DNA from: an uncultured Acidobacteriota bacterium
GTDB lineage: Bacteria > Acidobacteriota > Polarisedimenticolia > J045
Direction of reading: 5' to 3'
Assembly: GCA_963702425.1 (NCBI GenBank)
Contig: CAVPCQ010000037.1
Location: forward strand, 128,001 to 192,000
Length of the DNA stretch: 64,000 nt
The notes beneath the pieces were generated by a model. That model was not told the origin of the DNA, did not search any database, and worked only from the letters and a program-made list of their open reading frames with translations. The translations under genes and the position numbers were made by a program. Positions 18,522 to 34,957 of this stretch are shown piece after piece. Numbering within the stretch: position 1 is the first letter of the stretch; each line of letters starts with the position of its first letter.

Positions 18522-20073
18522 ATCTTCCGGAGGAGAGCGCCGGCTGGCGGCGCGCCGCCGCCACCGCGGCGGCCGGATCGACGAGACCGAACCCCGATGC
18601 GTCATCCGGTCCAGCCGGGCCGAGGTCTCGGGCCGTTGCGCGGAGGATCGCCTCGACCGCCGGCACGGGAAGCTCGGGGCGGACCTGCATGACGAGCGCG
18701 GCGACGCCGCCGACCCACCCGACCGCGAACGAGGTCCCCGACTCGAGCGTGAGCGACGTGGGATGGGGCGCACCAGGGACCGGGACCTGCCACCCCGGGG
18801 CCGAGAGGTCCGGAAAGACCCCGGTCCGTCCGCCGCACGGGGAGGGCCCGCGCGAGGAGGGACCGATCACCGCGAGCGCCTGGTCGACGGCTGCGATCGC
18901 CAGCGGGCCGCCGGCCCCCGGCACGAACCCCCCGAGGGCCGCGGGAGCCTGGCCGCTCGCCGCGTCGGGGCCGTCGTTGCCGGCGGCGAAGACCGGGACG
19001 ATGCCGGCCGCGCGGGCCGCCGAGACGAACGCGCGGTCGCGCGGATCGCAGTCGGACTTCCCGTGCCCCCACGCGCCGAGCACCACGTCCGGTCGGGCCT
19101 CGAAGATCATCCAGTCGGCGGCGAGCGCCATGTCGATGTTGTTGTAGCTGTTGAAACGGTTGGCGAGCGCGGCCACCCAGGTCGCCCCCGGGGCGGCCCC
19201 GAAGTCGTGCCCCTCGTACGGCCGTGCCACGGCGCAGGCCAGGACCTGGGAGCCGTGCGGCTTGGTGTCGATCGGCTCGCTGCGCTCGCCGCGCGGGTCG
19301 TACCACGACCGCTCGGGCCGGCGCCCGCCGGCGAGCAGCACGTGGTCCCCCATGACCCCGCTGTCGAGGCTCCCCACCACGATGCCGCGCCCGTCGACCC
19401 CGGCCTCCCAGAGCGGGCGCAGGCCGAGCGCCCCGACGCCCCAACTGTCGCCGGGCGGGATCGGCGGCGCCGCCCGGATCGCCGAGCTCGACTCGCGCCG
19501 CTTGTCGCGCACCGAGTCGTATTCGGGAATCAGTTCCGCCACCGCGGGGTGCGCGCGCAGCGGGTCGAGCGCGGCCGGCTTCGCGGAGAGGTAGACCCGG
19601 TTCCTGTACCGGAGGTAGCGGACGAACTCCACCCGCCCGTCCGCCACCAGGTCGTCGAGCAGGGGGGCGATCGCGGCGCGGCCCCGGTCGGCGACGGCAT
19701 CGAGGGCTTCGAGCGATTCGGTGCGGCTGGCCTGGCGGGTCAGGCCGCGTTCGAGCTGGCCGGCCAGCAGGGCCTCGGTGTCGACCTGCTCGCGCAGGTC
19801 GACGAGGAGGCGCAGATAGCCCTCGGACGACAGCTTCCGGCGATCGGAGAACCCGGGATCGAGCGGTCGCAGGGCTGCCGGGCCGGGGTCGGGAGCGAGG
19901 GGGACCCGGTGTGGCGGAAGCGGCCGCCGGGCCCGCACTGGACGCGGGCGGGGGAAGAGACGGGGTCCGGCAGCCGGAAACGGAGACGAGCGCGGCGAGC
20001 GCCGCGAGCGCCCCGAGCGCCGCGAGCCCGGTCCCGGGGATCCCGCGGGCCCCGGACCGCGCGGCCGACCCAC
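18520..20073 (-). CDS. S8 family serine peptidase (bacillopeptidase F-like catalytic domain); start uncertain
   Basis: VGSLDSG, HGSQV, FAAGNDG, SSRGP, GTSFAVG, GFGLVD. The N-terminus may be frameshifted, as a hydrophobic signal-like stretch near 19980-20030 lies in another frame. Confidence 0.85.
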   Translation of the reverse strand: MGRPRGPGPAGSPGPGSRRSGRSRRSPRSSPFPAAGPRLFPRPRPVRARRPLPPHRVPLAPDPGPAALRPLDPGFSDRRKLSSEGYLRLLVDLREQVDTEALLAGQLERGLTRQASRTESLEALDAVADRGRAAIAPLLDDLVADGRVEFVRYLRYRNRVYLSAKPAALDPLRAHPAVAELIPEYDSVRDKRRESSSAIRAAPPIPPGDSWGVGALGLRPLWEAGVDGRGIVVGSLDSGVMGDHVLLAGGRRPERSWYDPRGERSEPIDTKPHGSQVLACAVARPYEGHDFGAAPGATWVAALANRFNSYNNIDMALAADWMIFEARPDVVLGAWGHGKSDCDPRDRAFVSAARAAGIVPVFAAGNDGPDAASGQAPAALGGFVPGAGGPLAIAAVDQALAVIGPSSRGPSPCGGRTGVFPDLSAPGWQVPVPGAPHPTSLTLESGTSFAVGWVGGVAALVMQVRPELPVPAVEAILRATARDLGPAGPDDASGFGLVDPAAAVAAARRQPALSSGR

Positions 20074-20410
20074 CGTCGCGGCGCGCGCCCGGGAAGCCTG
20101 CCGTTCATCGGTTCGGTTCCCGGGTGTTCGCCGTGCCCGCCCGCCGGTGGGGGATGCCTGGTCGCGTCGTCGTCATGCGGGGAGTGTAGGTCGCGGGGCG
20201 ATGCCGGTCGAAATCCCGTCCGTGCGGGGTGGCTGCTTTCGTCGTACATTGCGACGGCAATCGGGGCACTTTCGGGGCGACGGACGTTGAGGAGGAGCTG
20301 ATGCGGGCCCATACCCCGCCCTTCGCCTCGGCGAGGCCTCGCCTCGCCGTCCGGCGCCCCGGTCCCGTCCCCAGAAACCCGTTCTCGTTCCGTTCTCCGG
20401 AGGTATTCGC

Positions 20411-27489
<7,079 letters not shown>

Positions 27490-27527
27490 TTCCCGTCGTC
27501 GCTCACCGCGGCGAACGCGGACCAGGG

Positions 27528-27562
27528 GCGCCGCCCCTCCTCGTGGGGGGCGGCGCTTTTTT
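27528..27562 (+). terminator. Rho-independent terminator after the giant FG-GAP gene
   Basis: GCGCCGCCCC...GGGGCGGCGC then TTTTTT. Confidence 0.65.
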
Positions 27563-28567
27563 GCGCCGCGGCGCCGGCGCCGGCGCGGGCGCCGGCGGTT
27601 CCTTCGGCTGCGGCCCGTCCCGTCCGGACGCGGAAGAGCCGTCGGTCGAGCCGCACGAGGTCCGCGGGCCAGGGGCTCTCGAAGGTCATCGGCTCGCGGT
27701 TCCGGGGGTGGAGGAAGGCGAGGCGCATCGCGTGCAATGCGACCCGGCCCGGACCGTCGTCGGTCGCGCCGTAGAAGCGGTCCCCGAGGATCGGCCAGCC
27801 CGACGCCCCGAACTGCGCGCGGATCTGGTTGCGGCGGCCGGAGACCAGGCGGACGCGGACCCGCGCGCGCGGCGCCGGGGACTCGGTCATCGCCTCGGTC
27901 TCGTAGGTCAGCTCGGCGTCGCGCGCGTCCCGCGGGCGGATGGCCTGCGCCGGGGCGACGAGCATCCGCAGCGAGCGCGGGTCCTCGCGCAGCAGGTGGT
28001 GCAGCCGGCCGCTCGCCGGCCGCGGCAGCCCCTCCGTCCAGGCGACGTACTCGCGCTGGGGCTGGCGCGCGCGGAACTGGTCGCGCAGCGCATCGGCCGC
28101 GGCGCGGGAGCGGGTGAAGACGACCAGCCCGGAGGTGTCGCGGTCGATCCGGTGGACGACGTGCAGCTCGGGGACGCGGTGGCCGGCGACCTGCAGCGCG
28201 GAGAGCAGGCGCGCGACCAGCGGCGGGTCGTTGGCGTCGGGCTTACCGGTCGGGATCGTGACGATGCCCGGGGCCTTCTCGACGACGACGAGCTCGCCGT
28301 CGAGGTGGATCACGCGGAAACCCGGCCCCTCGATCGGCCGCTCGCGCCGCGGGCGCGGCCCCCGCGCCGCGGTCCCGCCCGGCGCCTCGATCCGCACGCC
28401 GCCGGGCGGCCGCCGCACGGGATCGGCGACGACGGAGCCGTCCACGGTGACACCGCCGGTCTCGATCAGTTCCTTGCCGGCACGGTGGGACAGGCCGAAG
28501 TGCTCGTGCACCAGCGCCGCGAGGGTCCGCCGGTTCCCGGCCGGGACGAGGAAGGACGGCGCGGGGG

Positions 28568-29602
28568 TCACAGCGCGCCGCGACGCTCCTGGTCGCGCTC
28601 GATCGAGCGGAACAGGGCGCCGAAGTTCCCCTCGCCGAACGAGAGGTGGTTCTTGCGCTGGATCAGCTCGATGAAGATCGGGCCGATCAGGTTCTTCGTG
28701 AAGATCTGCAGCAGGTAACCGTCCTCGTCGCCGTCCACCAGCACCTTGTGCCGGCGGATCCGCGCGCGGTCCTCGGTGACGCGCGGCACGCGGTCGAAAA
28801 CGGTCTCGTAGTACGACGGATCGATGTCGAGAGTCTCGATCCCCGAGCCCTCGAGGCGGTCGAGGCTGGCGAGCAGGTCGTGGGTCAGGAAGGCCAGGTG
28901 CTGGATCCCGGGACCGTTGTACTCGCGCAGGTACTCCTCGATCTGCGACCGCTCCTCGCTCCCCTCGTTGATCGGGATGCAGAACGAGCCGTCGGGCGAG
29001 CGCAGCGCGTACGAGGTGAGGCCGGTCTTGACGCCCCGGATGTCGAAGTAGCGGACTTCCGTGAAGCCGAACACGTCGCGATAGAACGACGCCCACTGCT
29101 GCATCGTTCCCTGGCGGACGTTGTTGGTCAGGTGATCGATCGCGACGAACCCCTTGTCGGGGACGAGGGCCGGGTCGTCGTGCGGCCGGAATTCGGCGAG
29201 CCAGGCCGGCGGTTCGCCCGGTTCGACGAAGTGGATCAGGGAGTCGCCGATCCCGTAGATCGCGGGTGCGCCGCCGTAGGCCGGCGGCCCCTCGTACGGC
29301 TTCGCACCGCGCCGCACCGCTTCGGCGAGGGCGGCCGGTGCGCTCTCTACCCGCCATCCCATCGCCGAGATCGACGGGCCGTGGAGCGTGCCGAAGCGGT
29401 GGGCGAACGACGCCGGGTCGCGGTCGAGCAGGAAGTGGATCCCGTGCTGGCGGTAGTGCGCGACGTCGCGCGAGCGGTGGCGCGCGAGCCGCGAGAACCC
29501 GAACGCGCGGAAGAGCGCATCGAGGCGCTCGGGCCCCGGGGAGGTGAACTCGACGAACTCGATGCCGAGCAGGCCGCAGGGGTTGGCAGGGGGGGGAGGC
29601 AT
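28568..29602 (-). CDS. hppD: 4-hydroxyphenylpyruvate dioxygenase
   Basis: GIEFVEF, IDHLTNNV, GPGIQHLAF, LLQIFT, FIELIQRK, FGEGNFGALFRSIERDQ. Confidence 0.96.
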   Translation of the reverse strand: MPPPPANPCGLLGIEFVEFTSPGPERLDALFRAFGFSRLARHRSRDVAHYRQHGIHFLLDRDPASFAHRFGTLHGPSISAMGWRVESAPAALAEAVRRGAKPYEGPPAYGGAPAIYGIGDSLIHFVEPGEPPAWLAEFRPHDDPALVPDKGFVAIDHLTNNVRQGTMQQWASFYRDVFGFTEVRYFDIRGVKTGLTSYALRSPDGSFCIPINEGSEERSQIEEYLREYNGPGIQHLAFLTHDLLASLDRLEGSGIETLDIDPSYYETVFDRVPRVTEDRARIRRHKVLVDGDEDGYLLQIFTKNLIGPIFIELIQRKNHLSFGEGNFGALFRSIERDQERRGAL

Positions 29603-29679
29603 GGGAATCAGGATACCAAGCCGCGCCGCGGTTGGTATCCTCTCCCGTCGCCGCCGCCTCCGGCGGGAGGGGAGGACCG

Positions 29680-30329
29680 GTGCTCGTCTTCTACCAGGCG
29701 CCGTACAGCCATTGGTGCGTCAAGGTCGAGCGGATCCTGCGCGCCAAGGGGATTCCGTTCGAGTCCCGCCGCGTCGGGTACCACGACAAGCAGGCGCTGA
29801 TCGCCGCGACCGGCCAGGACTACGTCCCCGCCCTGGTGGACGGGGGGGAGGTCGTGCTCTGGGCCGCGATCCCGGACTGGTCGAGGCGAGGGCCCCGCAC
29901 CCGACGCTCTATCCCGGCGGCGACCCGGGCCTCCACCGCGTGCTCGAGGACTGGGCGCACGGCCGGCTCGAGGAGATGGTCTGGCGGGTCGTCGTGCCGG
30001 ACATGCCGGCGACGTTCGAAGACCCGCGCGAGCGCTGGGTCTTCGAGGAGATCCAGTTGCTCAAGCGCGGGCCGCTCGAGGTCCTGCGCGCGCGCCGGCC
30101 GGAATTCGAGCGCGACCTCGCCGGGCACCTGGCCCCGCTCGAGCAGATGCTCGCGCCCCGGCCGTTCCTGCTCGCGGACGCGCCCGGGCTGGCCGACTTC
30201 GCGGTCTTCGGGGCACTCGCCCCGCTGGAGTACGCCGGCCACCCGGTCCCGGCCCCGTTCCCGCGTCTCGTCGCCTGGCAGCGCCGGATCGCGGGGATCG
30301 GCGCGGGAGCAAGCGGCGTGGGCTCGTAG
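29680..30329 (+). CDS. Glutathione S-transferase family protein (frameshift near 29880)
   Basis: N-part YSHWCVKVERIL...TGQDYVPALVD; C-part in the next frame FLLADAPGLADFAVFG..FPRLVAW. Confidence 0.82.
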
Positions 30330-30369
30330 CCGCCGGGGCGCCTGTAACATGGGCCGTCCGGGAGCCCCG

Positions 30370-31155
30370 ATGCGAAACCTCACCCTCGACCGTCCCCTCG
30401 CCGTCTTCGACCTGGAGACCACCGGGATCGACCCGGCCCGGGACCGCATCGTCGAGATCGCGATCCTGCGGGTCGAGCCGGGAGGCGGGGTCCGGACCCT
30501 GTCGTCCCTGGTCGATCCCGAGATGCCGATCCCGCCGGAGGCCAGTGCGATCCACGGGATCACCGACCTGGCCGTTCGCGAGCAACCGACGCTCGCCGCC
30601 CTCGCGCCCGACATCCTGCGCCAGTTCGAAGGAGCGGACCTGGGCGGCTACAACACGATCAAGTTCGATCTGCCGCTGCTGGTCGCGGACCTGGCGCGGG
30701 CCGGATTCCTGTTCGACGCTGCCGGCCGGCGCCACGTCGACGCGATGCGGATCTTCCACGAGATGGAGCGCCGCGACCTGGCCGCGGCGCTGCGGTTCTA
30801 CTGCGGGCAGGAACTCGAGCAGGCGCACTCCGCGCTCGCCGACGCGTCGGCGACGCTGGCGATCCTCGACGCGCAGCTCGCGCGCTACCCTCAGCTGCCG
30901 CGCGAGCTCGACGGCCTGCACCGGCTCTGCAACCCGGACGAGGGGCGCTTCGTCGACGCGACGCGCAAGCTGGAGTGGGCCGCGGGCGGCGAGGTCGCGC
31001 TGGCCTTCGGCAAACACCGCGGCCGTACGCTGCGCGAGCTCGCGGTCCGCGAACGCTCGTACCTGGAGTGGATCGCCGGGAGCGACTTCACCCCCGAGGT
31101 GAAGGGGATCGTGGCCGAGGCGCTGCGCGGGGTCTTTCCCGGCAAGTCGGGATAG
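30370..31155 (+). CDS. DnaQ-like 3'-5' exonuclease (DEDDh)
   Basis: FDLETTG, IHGITD, GYNTIKFDLP, AHSALADA; C-terminal FGKHRG..Y..W module. Confidence 0.92.
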   Translation: MRNLTLDRPLAVFDLETTGIDPARDRIVEIAILRVEPGGGVRTLSSLVDPEMPIPPEASAIHGITDLAVREQPTLAALAPDILRQFEGADLGGYNTIKFDLPLLVADLARAGFLFDAAGRRHVDAMRIFHEMERRDLAAALRFYCGQELEQAHSALADASATLAILDAQLARYPQLPRELDGLHRLCNPDEGRFVDATRKLEWAAGGEVALAFGKHRGRTLRELAVRERSYLEWIAGSDFTPEVKGIVAEALRGVFPGKSG

Positions 31156-31179
31156 CGGCCCTGGAGGCTCCCCGCGGGC

Positions 31180-32811
31180 TCAGGAGCGCTCGGCGGCCTC
31201 GTTGGCTTCGCGCTGCGTCCGGTGGCCGAGCGCCACGTTCTGCGCCACGAAGCCCATTCCCGCGGCGTTGAGGGCCTGCACGAAGGGGATCTCCTCGAAC
31301 GGTACGACCTCCTCGACGAGCGCGACCACGACCCGCGCCAGGGCGGTATTCTCGCGGCGACGCGCACGGCCGGCGCGGGCCTCGACCTCCAGGTTCGTCG
31401 CGAGGCGCCGCGCCAAGAGGTCCCGCTCGGCGGCGGCGATCTCGGCCAGGTAGACGCGGAAGGCCGGCTCGTCGACGTCGAAGTGGACGCGCGACACGCT
31501 GTCCCGTCGCATGCGGGAGGCGAGGAACGCGTACGCCGCGTCCGATGCGCAGTAGAGCTCTTCGCAGAGCGGGAGCTTCGCGAGCAGTTCCGAACCGTCG
31601 ACCAGCGCGCCCGAGCGCGGCCAGCGGTCCAGCGCGTACGCGGAGAGGTCGGGCTCCCGGCGTTGCGCCGCGAGCGGCTCCTCGCCCAGGAGGTGGCGAT
31701 AGAGCAGGCACGGCGCCGGCGCAGGGCGACCCGCCGCAGCGTGGAAGGCAAAGGAGTCGGCGACGATCGAGCGCGCGAACGGCAGGTCGGCCGGCGCGAT
31801 CGAGACGCCCCCCGCGAGCTCGAGGCCGCGCACCAGCCGGGAACCGCCTTCCGGGACGAAGAAGACGTCCTTGACCCCTTCGACGTCGTTCACGAGCAGG
31901 CAGAGCGCGGAGCGATCGCGGCCCGCGCGGAAGAGCAGGCCGATCTGCCGCGAGCCCGCGCCGTCGACGATCGTCGCCCAGCCCCGCGTGAAGGCCGGGC
32001 CTGGAGGTGCCGCCGCCATCACGCCGTCCCGCTCGAGCTCGCCGGCGAGCCGCCGCGCGCGCGCTCCCACCGCACCGGCGGCCGGCAGGCTTCCCAGCTC
32101 CCGCAGCATGAACAGCGCGTACGGGTGGCGGGTCGCGGCCGCGACGGCCAGCTCGCCGGCGGCGCGCGCTGCACCGACGCCGGCGTGGAGCGCGGCGGCC
32201 GCCAGCGCGGGCAGGAAGAGCGCCGCGAGGGCGGGGTGGCTCTCCGCCGCGATGGCCCCGACCGTCAGCAGGGCCTCGAGGTCCGCCGGGTCCTGCAGCG
32301 GGCCGGGCCAGAGGCCGCGGGCCCCGACCAGCCGCAGCTCGCGGTCGATCGCTTCCGGCGTCGCCGGGAGCGAGGCCAGCTGACGCCCGACGAGGTGGCG
32401 GTGCGCGAACTCCGGCCGGCGGAACGACCGGCCGACGTCATCCGGGTGGAGCGGCACGCCGCACGCTTCGAGCGTGGGCAGCAGCTCGAGCTTGGCGTCG
32501 TCCGGCAGCGCGCGGTCGTCGAGCGCCGCGCGGAGCGTCTCGCGCGCCGCGGCCGCGCACCGGGACCGTTCGCCCGGATCGAGCGTGCGCCCTCCGAGCA
32601 GCGTCTCCAGCGTGCGGGCCGCGTGCGCGCGCAGTTGCGGGTCCGTGTCGCGGGCGGCCAGCCAGGCCAGCGCCGCGGCGCCGGAGGGCGCGTCCGGAAG
32701 CTCTCCGCTGACGAGCCCCGCCGACGCGCGTGCCGGCCGCGGCTGCGCCACGAGCGAGCGGCGCACCGTGAAGACGGATGCGGGCGGCGACGGGCGGCGG
32801 GGCGCAGGCAC
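31180..32811 (-). CDS. Hypothetical protein
   Basis: 543-aa ORF with coding-like composition filling the gap; DGAGSRQI...LLVNDVEGVKDVF core; no family recognised. Confidence 0.65.
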   Translation of the reverse strand: MPAPRRPSPPASVFTVRRSLVAQPRPARASAGLVSGELPDAPSGAAALAWLAARDTDPQLRAHAARTLETLLGGRTLDPGERSRCAAAARETLRAALDDRALPDDAKLELLPTLEACGVPLHPDDVGRSFRRPEFAHRHLVGRQLASLPATPEAIDRELRLVGARGLWPGPLQDPADLEALLTVGAIAAESHPALAALFLPALAAAALHAGVGAARAAGELAVAAATRHPYALFMLRELGSLPAAGAVGARARRLAGELERDGVMAAAPPGPAFTRGWATIVDGAGSRQIGLLFRAGRDRSALCLLVNDVEGVKDVFFVPEGGSRLVRGLELAGGVSIAPADLPFARSIVADSFAFHAAAGRPAPAPCLLYRHLLGEEPLAAQRREPDLSAYALDRWPRSGALVDGSELLAKLPLCEELYCASDAAYAFLASRMRRDSVSRVHFDVDEPAFRVYLAEIAAAERDLLARRLATNLEVEARAGRARRRENTALARVVVALVEEVVPFEEIPFVQALNAAGMGFVAQNVALGHRTQREANEAAERS

Positions 32812-32855
32812 CAGGGTCCCTCGAGCGGAAGGCTAGCACCGCGCCGCGGGGCTCG

Positions 32856-32891
32856 AAAAGAAGAACGCCGCGCGACAGGGCCGCGCGGCGT
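32856..32891 (-). terminator. Rho-independent terminator after the OmpW-like gene
   Basis: Minus strand ACGCCGCGCG-GCCCTGT-CGCGCGGCGT then TCTTCTTTT. Confidence 0.7.
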
Positions 32892-32915
32892 CGGATGATC
32901 CGTTCCGAGCTCGGA

Positions 32916-33534
32916 TCAGAAGCGGTACGCCAAGCCGGCCTGGAACGAGAGCGGGTTGAGGTCGTAGCCGCCGTTGATGCCCTCCACGTCGACGTCCGGC
33001 GAGAGGAAGATGTAGCTGATCGAGGTGTTGATCGCGAGCCCCTTGTCCGAGACGTTCCAGTCGGCGCCCCATCTGGACACCGTAGCCGAAATCGTCGTCA
33101 AGGTTGCGGCTGATGAAGTAGTAGCCGATGACGGGGCCGAGATACATGTCGACGTAGCTCCGGCCGAAGACGTGGAAGTTCAGCGCGAGGGCGATCGGCG
33201 TCATGCTGTACTTCTGCTGCTGGAAGAAGGTGTCGGTGCTCTTGCTGGAGCTCTTCGGGGTATCGGAACCCGCGTCGAAGTTGCTGTAGCCGGTGGAGAA
33301 CTCGAGCCCCATCAGCTTGCTGAAGCGGTACTCGTAGGCGAGGTAGCCGCCGAATCCCGGGTCGGTGCTGAACTCGATGTTCTCACCGAAATACTCGTAG
33401 TTCTGGTTGCCGTTGACCCACGTGTAGACCAAGCCGCCGCGGACGATGTTGCTGGTCTCGCCAGCAGCCAGCGCAGGGGCGGCGACGGCGGCGAGGACGA
33501 CCAGCGAGAGAGCGAGAATCTTGACCATGCGCAT
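32916..33534 (-). CDS. OmpW-like outer membrane beta-barrel protein (frameshift near 33070)
   Basis: Signal peptide MRMVKILALSLVVLAAVAAPALA; amphipathic strands; ends LNPLSFQAGLAYRF with a terminal Phe beta-signal. Confidence 0.82.
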
Positions 33535-33733
33535 TCCTGAATCCTCCAATTGGGTTCCGGGCCTTTCGGCCGGGATCGAGCGACAGTTTATACAGTAAAC
33601 CCGGTGCCGGCGCCGCCCCCCCCGCCACCGTCCATTCCCCACCGGGCGACCGCTGGTGGCGCACCGTGACCCGATCGTGACCGGCGGGGTGTAAAAAAGC
33701 AAGGTACCGACCCGTCCGGAACCGGAGTGCCTC

Positions 33734-33871
33734 ATGAATCGCTGGGTGAAGTGGCTGATCGTCATCGGCGCCGCGGCGCTGGTCTTCGAGGTGGTGCGCC
33801 GCGCGCGCGACGCCGACTTCCCGTTCGATCTGGACCTGCTCGACGAAATAGACATCGAGGAGATGAGCTAG
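33734..33871 (+). CDS. Small 45-aa single-TM protein with acidic tail
   Basis: MNRWVKWLIVIGAAALVFEVVRRARDADFPFDLDLLDEIDIEEMS; GGAG RBS; below the ORF-track cutoff. Confidence 0.65.
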   Translation: MNRWVKWLIVIGAAALVFEVVRRARDADFPFDLDLLDEIDIEEMS

Positions 33872-33901
33872 GCCTCCGGAGAACCGCACTCCCGCTCCGA
33901 G

Positions 33902-34285
33902 TTAGCCGGAGGGCCGGCCCCCGGGGTGGGCGCGCACCATCGCGATCCCGTCGTCGACCGACGGCCCATGATCGACGATCCGCAGGAACCAGATCGCCTC
34001 GAGCAGCCGCTCCACGGGCGGCGGCGCGGCCGCCAGGACGACCGGGTGGCCCGCGTTGCGCGAGGAGACCACGATCGCCGCCAGGATCCCGATCCCGCAG
34101 CTGTCGAGGTGACTCACGCCCGCGAGGTCGACGACCACGCCCCGGACGTCTCCCTTGATCGCGCGGCAGGCGCGTTCCTGGAACTCGAAGCAGGCCGCAC
34201 CATCGGACAGGCGTCCGCGCAGGTGAAAGACCCGCACGCCGTCCGCGAGGGACTCCTCGTCGCACCCGAATCGTTCCGAAGCCAT
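33902..34285 (-). CDS. STAS domain protein (anti-sigma factor antagonist)
   Basis: VVVDLAGVSHLDSCGIGIL motif carrying the phosphorylatable Ser. Confidence 0.85.
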   Translation of the reverse strand: MASERFGCDEESLADGVRVFHLRGRLSDGAACFEFQERACRAIKGDVRGVVVDLAGVSHLDSCGIGILAAIVVSSRNAGHPVVLAAAPPPVERLLEAIWFLRIVDHGPSVDDGIAMVRAHPGGRPSG

Positions 34286-34331
34286 CGTGATCCGCTCCTG
34301 CGGAAGGGCGACCCGCGGCGGCCGGTCGTCT

Positions 34332-34406
34332 TGGAGCCAGAGGCGAGGATTGAACTCGCGACCTGCTGATTACGAATCAGCTGCTCTGCCACTGAGCTAC
34401 TCTGGC
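34332..34406 (-). tRNA. tRNA-Thr(CGT)
   Basis: Reverse complement GCCAGAGTAGCTCAGTGGCAGAGCAGCTGATT-CGT-AATCAGCAGGTCGCGAGTTCAATCCTCGCCTCTGGCTCCA; cloverleaf with encoded CCA. Confidence 0.97.
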
Positions 34407-34506
34407 CGGGAGCCGCGAAAAAGCGGCGCATCATACCCCTTGGGGCGAGGGCTGCGCCAGACGGGGCGCGCTATGCTCGCCCGCCCGCAGCCTGGAGAAC
34501 GGGTCC

Positions 34507-34932
34507 ATGTTCCGCCGCCGCCGCCGTTTCGCCGATCGCTTCGAGAGTCGTCGCTTCTGGACCGACGAGCTTTCGTACGTCGGGCCGGGGCTGGTCCTCG
34601 AGGGCTCGCTGCGAGCCAGCGGCCCGGTCGCCGTGGCGGGCAAGGTTCGGGGCGGAATCGTCTCCGCCGGGCTCGTGCGAATCCTCCCGGGCGGCCTGGT
34701 CTGCGGCCCAGTGGAGGGGCTCGCGGCCCTGGTCGAGGGCCGGGTCGAGGGCACGGTCACGATCCACGAGGCCGCGGAGATCGCCGTCAGCGCGCAGATC
34801 ATCGGCAATCTCGAGGGGCCGAGCCTGGCGATCGCGGAGGGGGCCTACGTCGCCGGCCGCGTCGACGCGACCGCGCGCCACCCGGTGATCTTCCGCGAGC
34901 GGCGCCTCCCGCGGGCCAAGCCACCGCGCTGA
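34507..34932 (+). CDS. Bactofilin (polymer-forming cytoskeletal protein)
   Basis: SYVGPGLVLEGSL, V.GKVRG.I, VEGRVEGTV, LAIAEGAYVAG beta-helix repeats. Confidence 0.85.
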   Translation: MFRRRRRFADRFESRRFWTDELSYVGPGLVLEGSLRASGPVAVAGKVRGGIVSAGLVRILPGGLVCGPVEGLAALVEGRVEGTVTIHEAAEIAVSAQIIGNLEGPSLAIAEGAYVAGRVDATARHPVIFRERRLPRAKPPR

Positions 34933-34957
34933 GCGCGCTGTCGGCGATTCCCCGGCC

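Noticed and set aside
29632-31155. Apparent GST-exonuclease fusion; likewise PRODH-phosphoesterase (57496-59148) and GHMP-hypothetical (41230-43869)
   Set aside because: Produced by single-base frameshifts; each downstream gene has its own start and the upstream gene's C-terminus lies in another frame.
33583-33600. Possible LexA box (CAGTTTATACAGTAAAC)
   Set aside because: Not a CTGT-N8-ACAG palindrome; more likely the -10 region of the ompW-like gene.
34332-34406. tRNA-Thr as an integration site for an island
   Set aside because: No integrase and no duplicated tRNA 3' end seen in the window.
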